Shown piece after piece: positions 1-13,200 of a stretch of 64,000 nt of DNA; position 1 is the first letter of the stretch; every line of letters starts with the position of its first letter. The notes below the pieces were generated by a model that saw only the letters and a program-made list of their open reading frames with translations, did not search any database and was not told the DNA's origin. The translations under genes were made by a program, and so were the position numbers. The stretch is from Sphagnum compactum (lineage: Eukaryota), in the NCBI GenBank assembly GCA_965153455.1, contig OZ234493.1, positions 26,960,213 to 27,024,212 of the forward strand. Direction: 5' to 3'.

Positions 1-1155
1 CCTTAATTTTTTTGAATAATTAAATAAAATTTGTAACAAAACACAAAAGAAGGTATGTCTATTACCATTTGGTAATATTTCCAAATTAAGTTCTTTCACT
101 TTCTTTTTAAAAATATAAAATGACATTGGATTGTTTTACATATGTTTAAGCCCTAAAAATTCTGCCCAAAATGCACCCTAGATTTATTTTAATTATTATA
201 GACTAGTAAAAAAATTGAATTCATTTATCAGTCCCAAACTCTAAACCTAAACCATAATTCTAACATTAAGTAGTAAATTTTACATTAGACCTTAACCCCT
301 CATATCATTAATGCGACCAATTTTGCATTATGTTCATTTTTATATATGTTAAATCATACTATAAGGTGAATAAATAATTTTGAAAACATGAATTTCATGA
401 TGTATTGGTGAGGAATCAAATATTTAAAAAATATTTTTATGTTTCATCGTTAATGAATTATCACAATATGATACAAGTATTGCATTTAAACAAAAGTGGG
501 TTAGGAAATATTGAATTTTAACAACTATGGAACATATGGAAACAAGAAGATTCATAATTATGTTATAGATCTAAACAAATGATAAGATAAAAAATGAATA
601 CAATGAGCAAAATCTAGAATATAAACCTTAAGCCTTAATATATATGAATCAAATTCCTAAACATTAAATCATAAGGCATAACCCTACAAATTCAAATGAC
701 ATTTTGCCATAAGCCTTATTACAACCCTGACTATATAAACCTTAACAACAAAAAGTCCTAGTGATATATGCCCTAAAACCCTATACAAAGTATACAAATA
801 TATAACGCAAAACAAAAAAACTAAAAAAAACATAGGAAGAAATTTAAAAACCAAAGTTTAAAACTTTTAAACTACAAAGATTTACTAATTTAAAAAAAAC
901 CCTTAATCTTAAAAAATAATCAAATAAATTTTGTAAAAAACCAAAAGAAAATATATGTCTTTTACCTTTCTGTATCTTTCTAAACTAAATTTTTCCACTT
1001 TCTTTGAAAAAGATATAAAATGAAACTGTATTATTTCACATATGTCTAAACCCTAACCCCCCCCCCCCCAAATTTAACCTAGTTTAAATTAATTACTATA
1101 AATTTGTGAAAGCCTTGTTAACTAATTCATATGTCCCAACCTTAAACCTAAACCA
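1..1155. repeat. Degenerate ~255-bp direct repeat (1-255 and 901-1155)
   Basis: Both begin ccttaat...aataat.aaataaa and end taaacctaaaccataa. Confidence 0.75.
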
Positions 1156-1399
1156 TAAAATAATACATACTTATAACAATTACATGAAAAAATGTATTGT
1201 AATGTCCATTCCATAAATAAATTAGGTAGACAAAATTTAGTAAATATGCATTAACTAAACCAAAATGGCTGCAATTATGACATTGTTTCCATTATAAACT
1301 GTTTATAATACTTACATATGGGGACCTATGTTCATCATCCATGAACTAGGGTGAACCTTAATAAATTGATAAGTAAGATTGGGGGGTTGGGTGTGGGGG

Positions 1400-1975
1400 G
1401 GGGGGATGAATAAGTAACTAGTTAGGTATTTGTTATGTAAAAAACATAGGTAGGTAGGTAACATAGTGGTAGGTAGGAAGGTGGGTGCATTGTTAAATAA
1501 GTAGGTATAAAGGTAGGTAGTTGGGTTAGCAGGCAAGCTAGTAAGTAGAAAGGAAGTTCAAGGAGCAAGGTAGATAAGTTACGAGGGTAGGTAGGCATGT
1601 AGGTAGGCAAGTTAGTAGGTAGGAAGAAAGTTACACTAGCAAGGTAGCTAAGTAGATAGGCAAGTTAATACATAGGAAACAAATTACCTTATAAGGTGAT
1701 TAGGTTTGTAGAACACTTATGTCAATAGGGTGGTTGTGTATTTAGGGTTGTTAAATAGTAATGTAACTAAGTCAGTAGGGTAGATAGTTAGTACAATGGT
1801 TAGGTTAGTAGGGTTGTAATTAATAGGATAGTTAGGTTAGCAAGGTAGGTAGTTAGTATAGTAGTTAGGTCAGTAAGATAACTAGTTATTAGGGTACCTA
1901 TGTCAGTAGGGGATAATTAGTAAGGTACCAAAATTGGTACAATACTTATGAGGGTAGGAAGGTGAGTAGGGTAGC
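1400..1975. repeat. Low-complexity (TAGG)n-like tract
   Basis: Dense degenerate gtag/tagg units. The overlapping PTY-rich ORFs are artefacts of it. Confidence 0.85.
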
Positions 1976-3050
1976 TGTGTGTGAGGTCAGGTCCAGGGAA
2001 ATAACAACCAAGAACAAACCCAAAAAAAAAAAGTACAGCGATCAGCAATGAAAAGAAATGGACTGTGATGAACCCCATCTGATGTTGAATGAAAAAATGC
2101 AGCCCATCCAGTGCATAGAACAGCCAACTAGTGCATTGGTGGCTGGTGGTTCACTCTGGTCCTTGAAGCCGACCTTAGAACTAAACCTGGCAGATTATAA
2201 GAGCTTTTTTTTATAAGGTTCGGTTGTTAGGATTATGTAAGGGCTAGGGCCCTAGGTTTAGATAATGTTTAAAGTTTATAGGTTCTAGGTCTTAGCCTTA
2301 AGCTTTAATATGTAAAAGCATCTCCAATGGTGACATTGAAATGGTCTTTAAACAAATATGTTGTGATGTTTCTTAAGTGGTTTTTTATGTTGGATAAAGG
2401 CTCAAATAGGGCCCATGTGGATGGAGATCATTGTTGGCTAATTATTTTTTATGTTGTTTTTTATTATTGCTTTTGGGAACATGTTGGGAAACATTTTGAG
2501 AACTTAAAAAAACACCATGCAAATGCCATGGTAACATTTTGAGAACATGGTGTGAACATTTTATGAACACCAAAAATCAAAAAAATCAAATTGTTTAAAA
2601 ATAAACTTTCAAACCATCCCCAAGACTAAGCCAAAATCAGCCTTGGCCCAAACCCAGAACCCAATGTTCTTATGAAGGTTGGACCTATGAAACCAAGATT
2701 TGTTGGTCAAGAAAATTTGACCCTACCCCAAAACTGATGAGTTTGAATTGTGAAAATACTCCTGAGACCTAAAACCATGGGGTCTTATGGGTCTTCTGTT
2801 TTAACAAAACTTTAGACCTGGACTCGACAACCAAGAACCAGCCAATACTGGTTTGTCCCCAATCACATAATATCAACACTATTATTCGGCTCTTATTTCA
2901 CCCTTGTGGTTAATTTGAATTAAATTGATTTTTTTCCATATTGTCAAGGGACTTTTTTTCCACTACCTTGACTTGAATGTCAGGTTCACACTATCCTAGT
3001 TGTTCCAAGAGTAGTTGCATTTTCTTATGTTGTTGCTAAACACCCAAGTG

Positions 3051-3660
3051 TAGGGTAGAACTGCCCATCACCGATCACTACCCTATCACTGATCACTTCA
3101 TTAGATCTTCACCATCTGTGCTTAATGTTGAGTGATTTAAAATGTTATTGGAGCGTTACCTCAAGCCCTTGAAATCATCTTTGAAATGCAAATGAAAAAG
3201 AGTAATGAAAAAACAGCAAGAAGAAAAATAAGCTTTCCAACTCATAAAACACTTTTTTATTTATTTTTTATTTTTCTCTTTAGACCTCTCTTATTTTCAA
3301 AGCTTCTAACTTTCTCATTTCTTATTCATTTTAAACAATTTAAAGTGCTACAGAAGTGCCACCTTTAGTTCTACAAATCATCTTTGACCTCTAATAGCAA
3401 CAAAGTATTTATACAAGAAATTTCTTGGGTGATTGGGCTTTGTAATGTTTGATGGTTTATTTTTTTGAGTTCTTGTCCCCTCTACTTTGGGGGGTTGTAA
3501 CATTTTCAATTCTAATCCGTTTTTGACAATTTTTAGTGCATCAGATGCACCAATAGGAGGGTTTTAAGTTTTGTTTGGACACCAGATACAAGAGAGCCCT
3601 CCCCTTGGATCCAGCCTGCCCTGAGTGCTTAAGTGATTGCTCATGGGTTGTTCTACCCTA
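3051..3660. mobile_element. MITE-like non-autonomous DNA transposon (~610 bp)
   Basis: Perfect terminal inverted repeat TAGGGTAGAAC...GTTCTACCCTA (possibly TA TSD plus GGGTAGAAC TIR). Internal part is repeated at ~49476-49978, and a related terminus lies inverted at ~19790-19828. Confidence 0.7.
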
Positions 3661-4261
3661 AATGCAATTGGTAAATGTGGTTCCTAAATGAAGTTGGTAA
3701 ATATGGATGGTAAATGTGGTTGGTAGATGTAGTTGCAGAATCAAGTTGTAATATTATTTTCTACCCATGTTTAGAGGCTGTAAACTCCTTGTATTACCTA
3801 TATCAATTTTTAATCTATAACAATCTATTCCAAGTTCTCACATTTTGCCTTCAACTTGTGCATGGTAAAAAAAATACCATAATAAATTTTTAAAAACCTA
3901 TGCCATTTGGGGAAAAAATTTATGTTGACATAAGTTTTTTCCCAAATGATGTAGGTTTTTCCCATTCGACCGCTAAACTCACTTATGGTAGAGAAAGACA
4001 CCAAAGTAAAAAAAACTATAACATTTTGGGAAAAACTTTTGTTCATGTAATTGTTTTTTTCCCCCAATGACATAGATTTTCACCTTCTACCTCTAAACCT
4101 GCACATGATAGTGAAAGACATCATAATAAAAAAAACCTATGTTAATGTAAGTTTGTAAGTTGTTTCTCAAATGGACGGAGATTTTTTCTGTCAACCTAGG
4201 TTTATTCTGAAAAGACATATGTTTTTGGAAGAAAAAAAGAAAAAAGAAAATGATTTTGGAA

Positions 4262-4430
4262 AACTTATGTCATTTCAGAAAAGAAAAAAAAAAACTGAAC
4301 CTTCTTTTATTCAAAACCTAATTCATTTCAGGTAAAAAAGAAAAAGAAAAGAAAAAGCTGAACCTTATATTTTTCAAAACATATGACATTTCAGAAAAGA
4401 AAAAGAAAACTGAACCTTTTTTTTGAAAAA
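4262..4430. repeat. Degenerate ~55-65-bp tandem repeat x3
   Basis: catttcag...aaaaagaaaa...ctgaacctt repeated three times. Confidence 0.7.
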
Positions 4431-4890
4431 ATCAACTTAGGTTTTTTCTGAAATAAAACAGCTTTTGGGGAAAAAAAACAAGAAGACTGACTCCTGGAAG
4501 CTTTCGTCTGAGCATCAAACTCTGGCTCACATCTTGGTCGTGAATTCATAATTTTGCAGCCCGTTAGTTATTTCATGAACACAAGTGATTTCTGGCTCTT
4601 GCTATCTATAGAGCCCAGCCACTGGCGCTGAGATTGATGAAGTGAACTTGAAGAGGATTTGTTCTCATCATCAGAAGGAGATAGGCAGCCTTTGGTAAGA
4701 GCTGGCAATGTTCTCTTCCTACAGAACCTCTAGCTCTCTCTTTTAGACGAAGGCCAATTACGAGGAGGAAAATGTCAGATGCCATATTGTGAATTCAGGG
4801 ACTTGGCATTCTCTGTCTACAGTTTCTTTAGATTACTGCTCTTGCTAGTTCTAGACTCATTTCAATGGGGTTGTGCTGATTTCTCACAGG

Positions 4891-6690
4891 CATCAACTAA
4901 AGAAGAACAGTATGATGCGCAATTACAGAAGGCGGCAGCCGATTCACAGCTTGAGGTTGGTTCATTTTCCATTGAGAAATTTTACCTGGCAAAGACACAG
5001 GCGGAGAACAATGTCTGAGTATTTGAACATACTACACAAAGTGCCAACAATGAACCTTGGATTTGAGGTTTCGCTTTAGTTCGAGAACAACAGTGGCTCA
5101 TGCAATGCAATCTTAAGGTTAAAGCCTTGGGCAGCAGTGGTGGTGGTGGTTAGCTATTCATTTGTGTTGTTTGTTGTTGAGTACTTTCAGACATCCCGAG
5201 TTGAACTGAAGGAAGAGAATTTACCTCGGAAATATGTTGAGAAGGAAACCGGGGAGACTCAATTGCAGCTCAACAGAGCCAAACAGGCTACGGATCCTTC
5301 TCTTCTCTTTTTGCATTCTCTTCATCACAATATACGTGTTTCTATTTCATGTGTGACTATCAAAAATCTAAACCCTAAAAATATGCTTGGAAAAGCTTGC
5401 AACTCCACGTTCTGAGGACTTTCGCAGTAGAAAAATTTGTCGGTAGCTAATGCTGTCCTCTGTTTTTTTTCTGGTGAGCAGCACATAAGTCATCTTCAAG
5501 AAAAATTGTTTGCAAATGAGAATGTGGCAACCTCGCGTCTATCAGCAGTCAATGCGAGAAGATCTTCCACTTGCACCTCACATTGTGTATTTCCAGTGAT
5601 GATGATTGGGGAACAGGTAAAAATGCACCTTCTTTCACTCTGAACAACATTCAGGGCCTTTACCATATTCAGATGACTTCTTTCACAGATGGAAAGAATC
5701 AGAACACCCAAATGCTTGAGCTACGACCTCTGTTTGCAGGGAAAAGCACAGGAGAAAATCAAATCAGCTGAGGATAGAGTAAGGCAGATTGAACAAAAGA
5801 TGGAAGCTGACAAAATTTGCCACTCTGAAGCTATTGCCGAAGAGCTTGCCAAGGTCCACCAACACCACCACCACCATCATCATTCCTCCCACTCTCAATT
5901 GCTAGCATGCATCTCACCGCAAGTTTTAGAGCTTGTTGTCTGGTAATTACAGTTTGTTACGGATATGTCTGGGGATGGAATTTCTTTGGCCAAGAGCACA
6001 GCTACCATTCTCATGATGCCTGTTCACACCACTTTGTCCCATTCCAAACCTTCCTCAATTAGCCATATCCTGCTAAACGAATACCTGAAATTTTTTTACT
6101 ATAAAGAAAAGCAATGGAATGGCAGCCTCTGAAGACCAAAAGAAGCTTGAGACTGAAGTGATGACCACATGGAGGCAAACAAATGCTATGTATCTACACG
6201 TCAGAGAGGTATGACACTGGATGAACAAGGATTCCATCTCTTTACTTCTAATTGGAGAAAAGCTAATGTGGATATGGTAGGCCAGAGGCACAAATGACCC
6301 AATTAGCAGGATTGTAGAATGCTGCTTACGTTGTCAATGCAAATGGGCAGATACAAGCAGGGCAGGAGCTAAGGAAACTTGATGCTGAGAACTGTGTGAC
6401 AGGAGCTGAAACAGCAGTCCTTGAATGGATCCACCAGCAGTTTGCTTCCCTCACATCCACTCTGACCATTCAACAGTCCATTGGAGGCACTGGATTGTAC
6501 TGGAAACTTGACCTATACTCAGACACCAAGTTTTGGCTTTGACTCACAAGAATGTTACAGAAAGACAAAAATAGGGGGGCGGATGGGTAAAGGAAATGGA
6601 AAGGAGTGGTGCATCATCATCTGCAAGTCTTGGAGCAGTGTAAAAAACATGTGTGTGGGGAGAGAAGATTAGTATCCACAAGACAGAGGA
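4891..6690 (+). pseudogene. Degenerate spliced coiled-coil protein gene fragment
   Basis: Exon-like segments ~4891-4955 (ASTKEEQYDAQLQKAAADSQLE), ~5191-5286 (TSRVELKEE...RAKQ) and ~5740-5853 (GKAQEKIKSAEDRVRQIEQKMEADK...ELAK) have splice-like ends and E/K/Q-rich helical composition. Downstream segments contain stops. No start codon or family identified. Confidence 0.4.
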
Positions 6691-7707
6691 AGCTAACATG
6701 AGTGTTGATAGTATGTGACTGGAACACCACCAACTCATTTCCGTCCAGCAGATGACAGTGAATGTGGTGGGTGTTTGGGTCTGGATGAGGTGTGTTGCAT
6801 AGAGAGAAATTGCTAGGATAGGCAGAATATTTTCATCAAATCAAATTGACTGTTTTATTATGCTTCTTGCTCTTTTGCTTGCATAAAAATATGGAAAGCT
6901 ATAGCTAATTCTAAATTACATCTTATACCATCAATCAGTGACTTGCAGGACACACCGAAAAGCGAACCTGCACGTCAAGTTAAGCTTTTCCAGAAATATA
7001 AGCTGCTAAAACTGTGCAGCCACAAAGAATAGTAATGGTTCCTTGACAGCTTGCAAGCCTTGGCAAAACTGACATATTATCAGATGTGGCAACCATTGAG
7101 GAGGAATTGGTGTCCTGCAACATGACCAACAGCTACATGGATTAAGCTCAATCAACTCCGGATGTGCAAGCTTTGATAATGCCGCACCAAGGTTGGAATG
7201 CTGTTGCAAAAAGAAAGACCTAGTGGAACACCCATCAGCTCAAGGGTGTTTCCATGGTGCGGTGTACACAAAAACTAGTCACAGTTTGACAATTTTTAGG
7301 GCAACGCATTTTTTATGTGAGTGTCTAGATATTTAGACAAGATTTTGTAGTAGAAATGTGCAATTAAAACAGCCTCAAAACCGAAGCAAAACTAGCAACC
7401 GTTTGAAAAACACTTTCAGCAAAGCTGCTAGGTTAGCAACATGAGGGAAATGATGCAGGCACATGAACAAACAATGGTATGCAATTCCAAAATGCAATCT
7501 CCTTTTGAAAAAAACATTGAATGGTTACCTATTGCAGATTGAATCCAGATTTTGAGACTTCAGCATTGTTGTAGATATCCAACAGTTTTGTATCAAATTT
7601 TCAAGACACTGAAAAGAAAAGGAAAGGACTGGGCACCACTGAAAAAACAGCTCCAAGAAATCATTATAATTACCTTGTGAGAAAATCAAACAGGGTGATG
7701 ATGATAA

Positions 7708-9960
7708 TTAAGAGGAGGCCCAGCTTGCTTCCTGATCAGCACGCAAATGTGGAGTGAGTGCATCTGCTGAACCTGGGTTTGGTCCAGTCTTGATTGGGTA
7801 TGATGCCATCAGGTTGATTCCACACAGACCAGATTTGTGGGCAGCACCCAAGCGTTGCATGAGGATATACCCCTTTTGTCCCCAACTGGTACCCCAAGAG
7901 TTCTTAACTATCCAGTGCTTGTAGCCCGCGGTAGTTCCATAGCCCACCAAAAGAACCCCATGATCCAAGTCCGTCCCGCATTTACCTGTGAATACACCCT
8001 GCAGTACATACACACCATGTAGCAAGAAGATGAAAGAAAGAACTTGAGAGATTTGAGAGAGGAGTAATGCATCAGGTGTACTGTAGTACCTGGGCCAGTT
8101 GGACACTACTTATGATATTTTCAGAACTGCTGAAATTTTCAAAGTTTTGTTTTTTTTGCACAAAAACTTTTTCTCAAGGAAAATAGAGAATCTGATGGAA
8201 TATTTTGGGAAGTATATGACTTGTCAAAATGGAATCCTCAAAATTAGCTAATTATTCAACTAACACCACACCTCAACAATAATTAATTTTTTTACAAACA
8301 TGTGTTGATGCCACCAAGGTACTAGGATAGTGTCACCACTTCAAAGACTGAATCATGTTTTGTGCTTTACAGTGAAAGAAATTACTTCAAAAGGTTCACA
8401 TTGATTTGCACCAAACTTCAACAAATGCAAATTGGTTACAGCAATTTAAGAAGAACTACTAACTTAGACTATCGATTCAGAAAATTCAAATTTTGTTGCA
8501 GCAAGAAAAGAGGCTGGATTGATTTAAGGGGAGAGAGATTAGGGTTTTGGGGGGCAAAGAGACTGACTGTCGTGTAGTGCTGGAAATCGCGACCACTGGC
8601 TTCAATCGCTATAGAGACAGGCTGCACCGAAACCGCTTGGATCAACGCAGTTTCGTTGTTCTCAGGGACGTCTGCGTAATCGTCAATGGACACCACGTTC
8701 TACAAAGATAAAAAGGGAAAACACACTAGTTGAGAAGAATTCAGTATAAGCAATGTTCATTACATTCTCATTAAGTCCCATTCACTATAACCAATGAATT
8801 CACTTAAAATTCAATGAAATCACTTGGCATACACATACATCTCCTTTGTCCCAAAAAAAAAAAAAAAAGCAACAAAATTCATCAGTGGGACAAGGATGTG
8901 ATCGCAGATGAAATTCTTGCCTTCGTTGTTTGACAGGTCCCGTCTGTGGCCGTGTATGGATAGTCTGTCTCTGTGTCAATCCCACCAGTTTGTATAATGT
9001 AGTTGAATGCATTATCCATGAGACCACCGTCGCAACCACTGTCGTACTCCGTGTCACAGTCCACCAATTGTTGCTCCGACAGTGCAACCAGCTCGCCTGT
9101 AAAAATAGCGTTGATACCTTCAACAGATCCAGTTGTTGAGAATGCCCAGCAACTCCCTGCAGAAATTACAACAGGCCAAGCTCTTCCTTTGCGTCATCAC
9201 AAAAAAACCCTTGGCTTCACGTGTTCAGCAAGCCCGAGCTGGATCCGTACTAAGAGCAGCTCCAGCGGTTATCAGTACGTGACCCAGCAAAAATATTTCT
9301 CACATCCAAGTTTAGTTATTTACTTTTTTCCAACTCCGCCCGTACACTCGCACTAATACTGGGACTGCAACTCTATGAATGGATTGCAAATTCAACACCC
9401 AAGAGAGTCTGGCATTGCATCTTTTGCAATCCAAAAAGAAGACAGAATTAGAGCTCTGAAGAAGACGACTCACCGCAAGCACCCTGGTTTTTGATTGCTG
9501 TCACAGCACCTTTGGATCTCCAATCAACGCTGGCAGGGGCATCCACGTCCCCGTATATGAAATTCTCGGTCTTCCGCAACTTGTTTTCGCTGCGGCGCGG
9601 CGGCTTGGTACCCAAATACCGAGTCTTGAATTCTTCGTGCGTGAGGTCGGCGAGATTGTTCAACCCCAAGAAGTAAGAAGGTGTCGACTCCTGCACATTG
9701 TGCGAGTGTATATACCTCAGATTATCCTTGAAGATCGCGAAGCGCTGATTCATTTCCGACACGCTTTCATAAGATTTCTCGTGCTTCAGCATCCACGACT
9801 GGAACAGGTCCACAAGACGCTCTTCCGAATTCAAATCCTCCGGCGAATAACCGACGATCGAATCATCCAGCTCAATTGCCTCCACTCCGATCCTCCCCGC
9901 TCGATGAACAACTGCAAACAGCAGCACTAGAAAACACACCAGCAGCTTCCCAGCAGCCAT
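7708..9960 (-). CDS. Papain-like cysteine protease (C1A), XCP/RD21-like, no granulin domain, ~381 aa
   Basis: Exons 9960-9474, 9156-8921, 8699-8568, 7998-7708 join in frame (1146 nt). Signal peptide ([12 protein letters not shown]), I29 propeptide ([10 protein letters not shown]...[12 protein letters not shown]...GLNNLADLT), catalytic QGACGSCWAFS, LDHGV and WIVKNSWG motifs. Intron 2 has a GC donor. Confidence 0.95.
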
Positions 9961-10509
9961 CTTCGAACCACCACTCCTTCCCTTCGTTGCCGTCCTCGAG
10001 GAGACCAAAAAACCAATTCCTGAAGAAAAAAATGGGGAAAAAAAAATGACGACCTTGAATTTCACAGGAAATAATTCAGAGAAGCTAGTTCTTCGCAAAG
10101 TCGCTCGAGAAAAGCGCGGATCTAGAGAGCCGGACGACGAGGGAGCTAGTGCCCGCAGTTGTGCTCGTAGTGCGGAGCAGACGGAATGAGGGACAAGCAA
10201 ACAGCCGGGAAATATAAAGGGCAGCTCCTCACGGCAAGACACGGCAGTGGTAAAAAAAACCACGTTTAACCGCATGTTTTCTAAGTTACACCCGGGTGAA
10301 ACTCCTCCACATTTACCTCTAAATCATCGTGAACAGCGAAGTTTGAGTACGGTGCACATCACGTCAACTTACCATTAGTGAAAAGGCCCAGCAGCAGTGT
10401 TTTTTGTTTCGAGGTTAGAAACGTAGGCTCTGGACTGTTGCGCACTACCCGTGATGATGATGAAGTGATGAAAAATGGGAGTTGATTTTGTAGAAATTAA
10501 GTTTCACTT

Positions 10510-10915
10510 GAATGATTTAATATTGAATGAATTTGCATAATGCAACTTGAATTGAAGGCAACTCAATTGAATTTGAATTGAAATAATAAATTTTTTTATA
10601 TTGGATTCAAATACATTGAATGAAATCCATATTGAATGGAATTGAATTGAATTGATTTGATTTCAAATTAAATTGAGTTTAGATTCAATCCAAATTTCTA
10701 AATTGAAGTCAATTCAAATGAACATAATATTTTTCTTCTTTGGATTCAACATGGTTATTGTTTCCATTGAAATTGGTTGAATTGGATCAAATTTAACTCA
10801 ATTCAATACAAATTGGTTGAATTCAAATTGAATTAAATTGAATTCAAACCACATTAGTTTCAATTGAAATTTTTCATAATATTATTGAATTGAGCCAAAT
10901 TATGAAAATTCAATT
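10510..10915. repeat. Low-complexity (AATTG/ATTCA)n tract
   Basis: Degenerate aattg and ttcaa pentamers in both orientations. Confidence 0.8.
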
Positions 10916-11699
10916 ATGAGAAGGTGCATGTTAAATTGTCAGTTTGTATCCATGTAAGTGGGTTGGTGAAAAGGAGTGAGATAGTTAGACATTATATGGA
11001 ATGTTTTCTTAATTGTCAAGTGGATGACATTTAGAGTTGTCATGGCGACTATCACTAATACCTATTTCATCTACACTAGTTCAAATTATTATGAGCGGTG
11101 AGTGGATTAAGGTGATGATAATAACCACATAGGCAATTTGGATAGTTTGGGTCAATATAAGTAGAAATTATTCTTGCTTATTAAAAATCAAATGAATGAT
11201 GTTGGTTAGCACATGTAGATTAAGATCTCAAGGTTTGATGATAGTTTTGTTTGGTGTAATGGGTTCATTGTTCATTAAAATAAATAATGTGTGTTAATTG
11301 ACGATTATGCAAGTGAATAGTGGACTGCTTTGACTGGTAAAAACACATGGAATGTGTAATGTGGCAAAAATGTGGTGGAGATAATGCACATGTTCATGTT
11401 AGGCTCTAAACCTTGGATTAAAGAACAAAAACTTAAGTAAATGACTTCTTGTGGGATTGAACCTTGGTTTGAAAGACCTTGTCTACTTCGACAAAAGTAT
11501 TTTCACTACATACACACACACAAAATGTTAGCTATAGCTGATGAAATTTTTTTCTTGAAAGATTGAAAGTTTAAACCATTCACCTAATTCAAAAAAACGA
11601 GAACCCATTTAAAGAAGCTACAAATTGTCAATCTTTGAAATTCACAACATTGGTCAATGGTGAAAAGAACTAGAAACTTCAAGAATCAACATTATGATG

Positions 11700-13200
11700 A
11701 ACTTTTTTCTCCCTTCAAGGAACTACAACTTGAATTAAAAACAAATATCCATGTTGTAAAAGTTTTGTGAGAACATTTGATCAAGATGGTGCTTAAACAA
11801 TTGCATAGTTGGCCCATCATGGAAGACAATATTTTTTAGCATATGGATTTTCAAGATATTTCAAAACCTAGCACATGGCAAGTTTGGCAAGTTTCACATA
11901 CTCAAGCAAAGATTGAATAGCAGCTTGGAACTTGACATAAACAAATCATATGTGCCTTAGATGGTTGCATTTTTTTGCAATCTTTTTTTAGAATCTTTGT
12001 CACATTGTTGTTCATGGTTGTTTTAGAAACAAAAGCTTGAAACTCAAGCTTTAACCTATCAAGTGGAATAGGCACAAATAGTTCACTAGCCTTCTTGGGC
12101 ACAAAATATGAAAACATAACAACCTTCAAGCAAAGAAGGAATGTTGCTTAAACATTTACATTGACCTAATAATGTGGATAGATCACTCCCAAAGCATTCA
12201 TCAATCCTTGGTTCAAAAATTGTTGGTCCAATTCCTTAGGAGAATGGCAAGGGTTCCTCATAACATTGTAGCTAAACAAAACCACATGTTTTAGAAAACA
12301 TGTTAAAGTTCATGGGCAAGGCTGCCTTAGTGATTTATTCCCAAGAATGAACTAGGGCTTGGTGCCCATTGTACCTTACATCACACTAATCATTATCACC
12401 AATGGGTGATTTCACAAAAGTTACATGCAACCCATCATGGTTTCCAACTAAGAGGCTATGGAATCTGTTGAAAGCCTCATCCTTAAACTTGCATTCAAGA
12501 TCGTTGTAAAATTGATACAACTTACATTTGCATATCCAAATAGCTTCAATAAAATCACAAATGTAAACATTTCTCTTGGGAATACTTATCAACATGTGAA
12601 CCAATTCAAGAAGGGGCAAGATGCAATGGAGGCCTAGAATTAGCTCCACGTTCAACTTCAAAACATTGAATTGTGTAGCTTTACTTTCAACCTCATCTTC
12701 TCACATCTTTACAATTAATGTCTTGTATTTAGCCGAAACACACATACATTGAGATAACATGAAAATTCAATGATTTTTTATGGTTCAAAGAAATTTGTTG
12801 ACTTTAGTGGTTAAGAGAATTACCATCTTTTGCATCTCAAGCGTTGTTTTGGGACTTGGAGCATAATAGCAATGGAGTCTAGGGTAGCTATTCTAACTAC
12901 TACACTATGGACAAAGTTAAAAAACTTTGAAACACCAAGTTTGTACAAGGTGCATAGCAATGTATTGTTGCAAGAAAATGAGTCAATTTGTCCTTGATTT
13001 GCACAAAAACACCAATCCTACACCCAACAAAAATATATCTGTCATCTATTCCAATTGAAACAAATTTGTTAATTGAAACAAAATTGCTTTCAATTTCAAC
13101 TTCCAAAAGCCCTCCTTGAATCAACAAAGTGTTTAGCATTACACTATGAAAAATCACACTATTAATGACCCTTTCCACATTTATGATGTGAGTTTCGATT
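11700..13200 (-). mobile_element. Decayed hAT-like DNA transposase remnant
   Basis: Broken ORFs contain IHCYAPCTNL (HCxAHxxNL-like hAT motif), ILPLLELVH...NVYICDFIEAI and a degenerate C-terminal dimerisation-like segment near 11760-11830. Many stops and frameshifts. Confidence 0.65.

Noticed and set aside
1312..1610. PTY-rich ORFs
   Set aside because: Translation of the TAGG low-complexity tract.
9961..10275. N-terminal extension of the 275-aa ORF
   Set aside because: The signal peptide begins right after the ATG at 9960. The upstream part looks like promoter and 5' UTR, with a TATA-like motif near 10212.
11450..11470. tRNA T-loop-like gggattgaacc
   Set aside because: No cloverleaf or A-box found around it.
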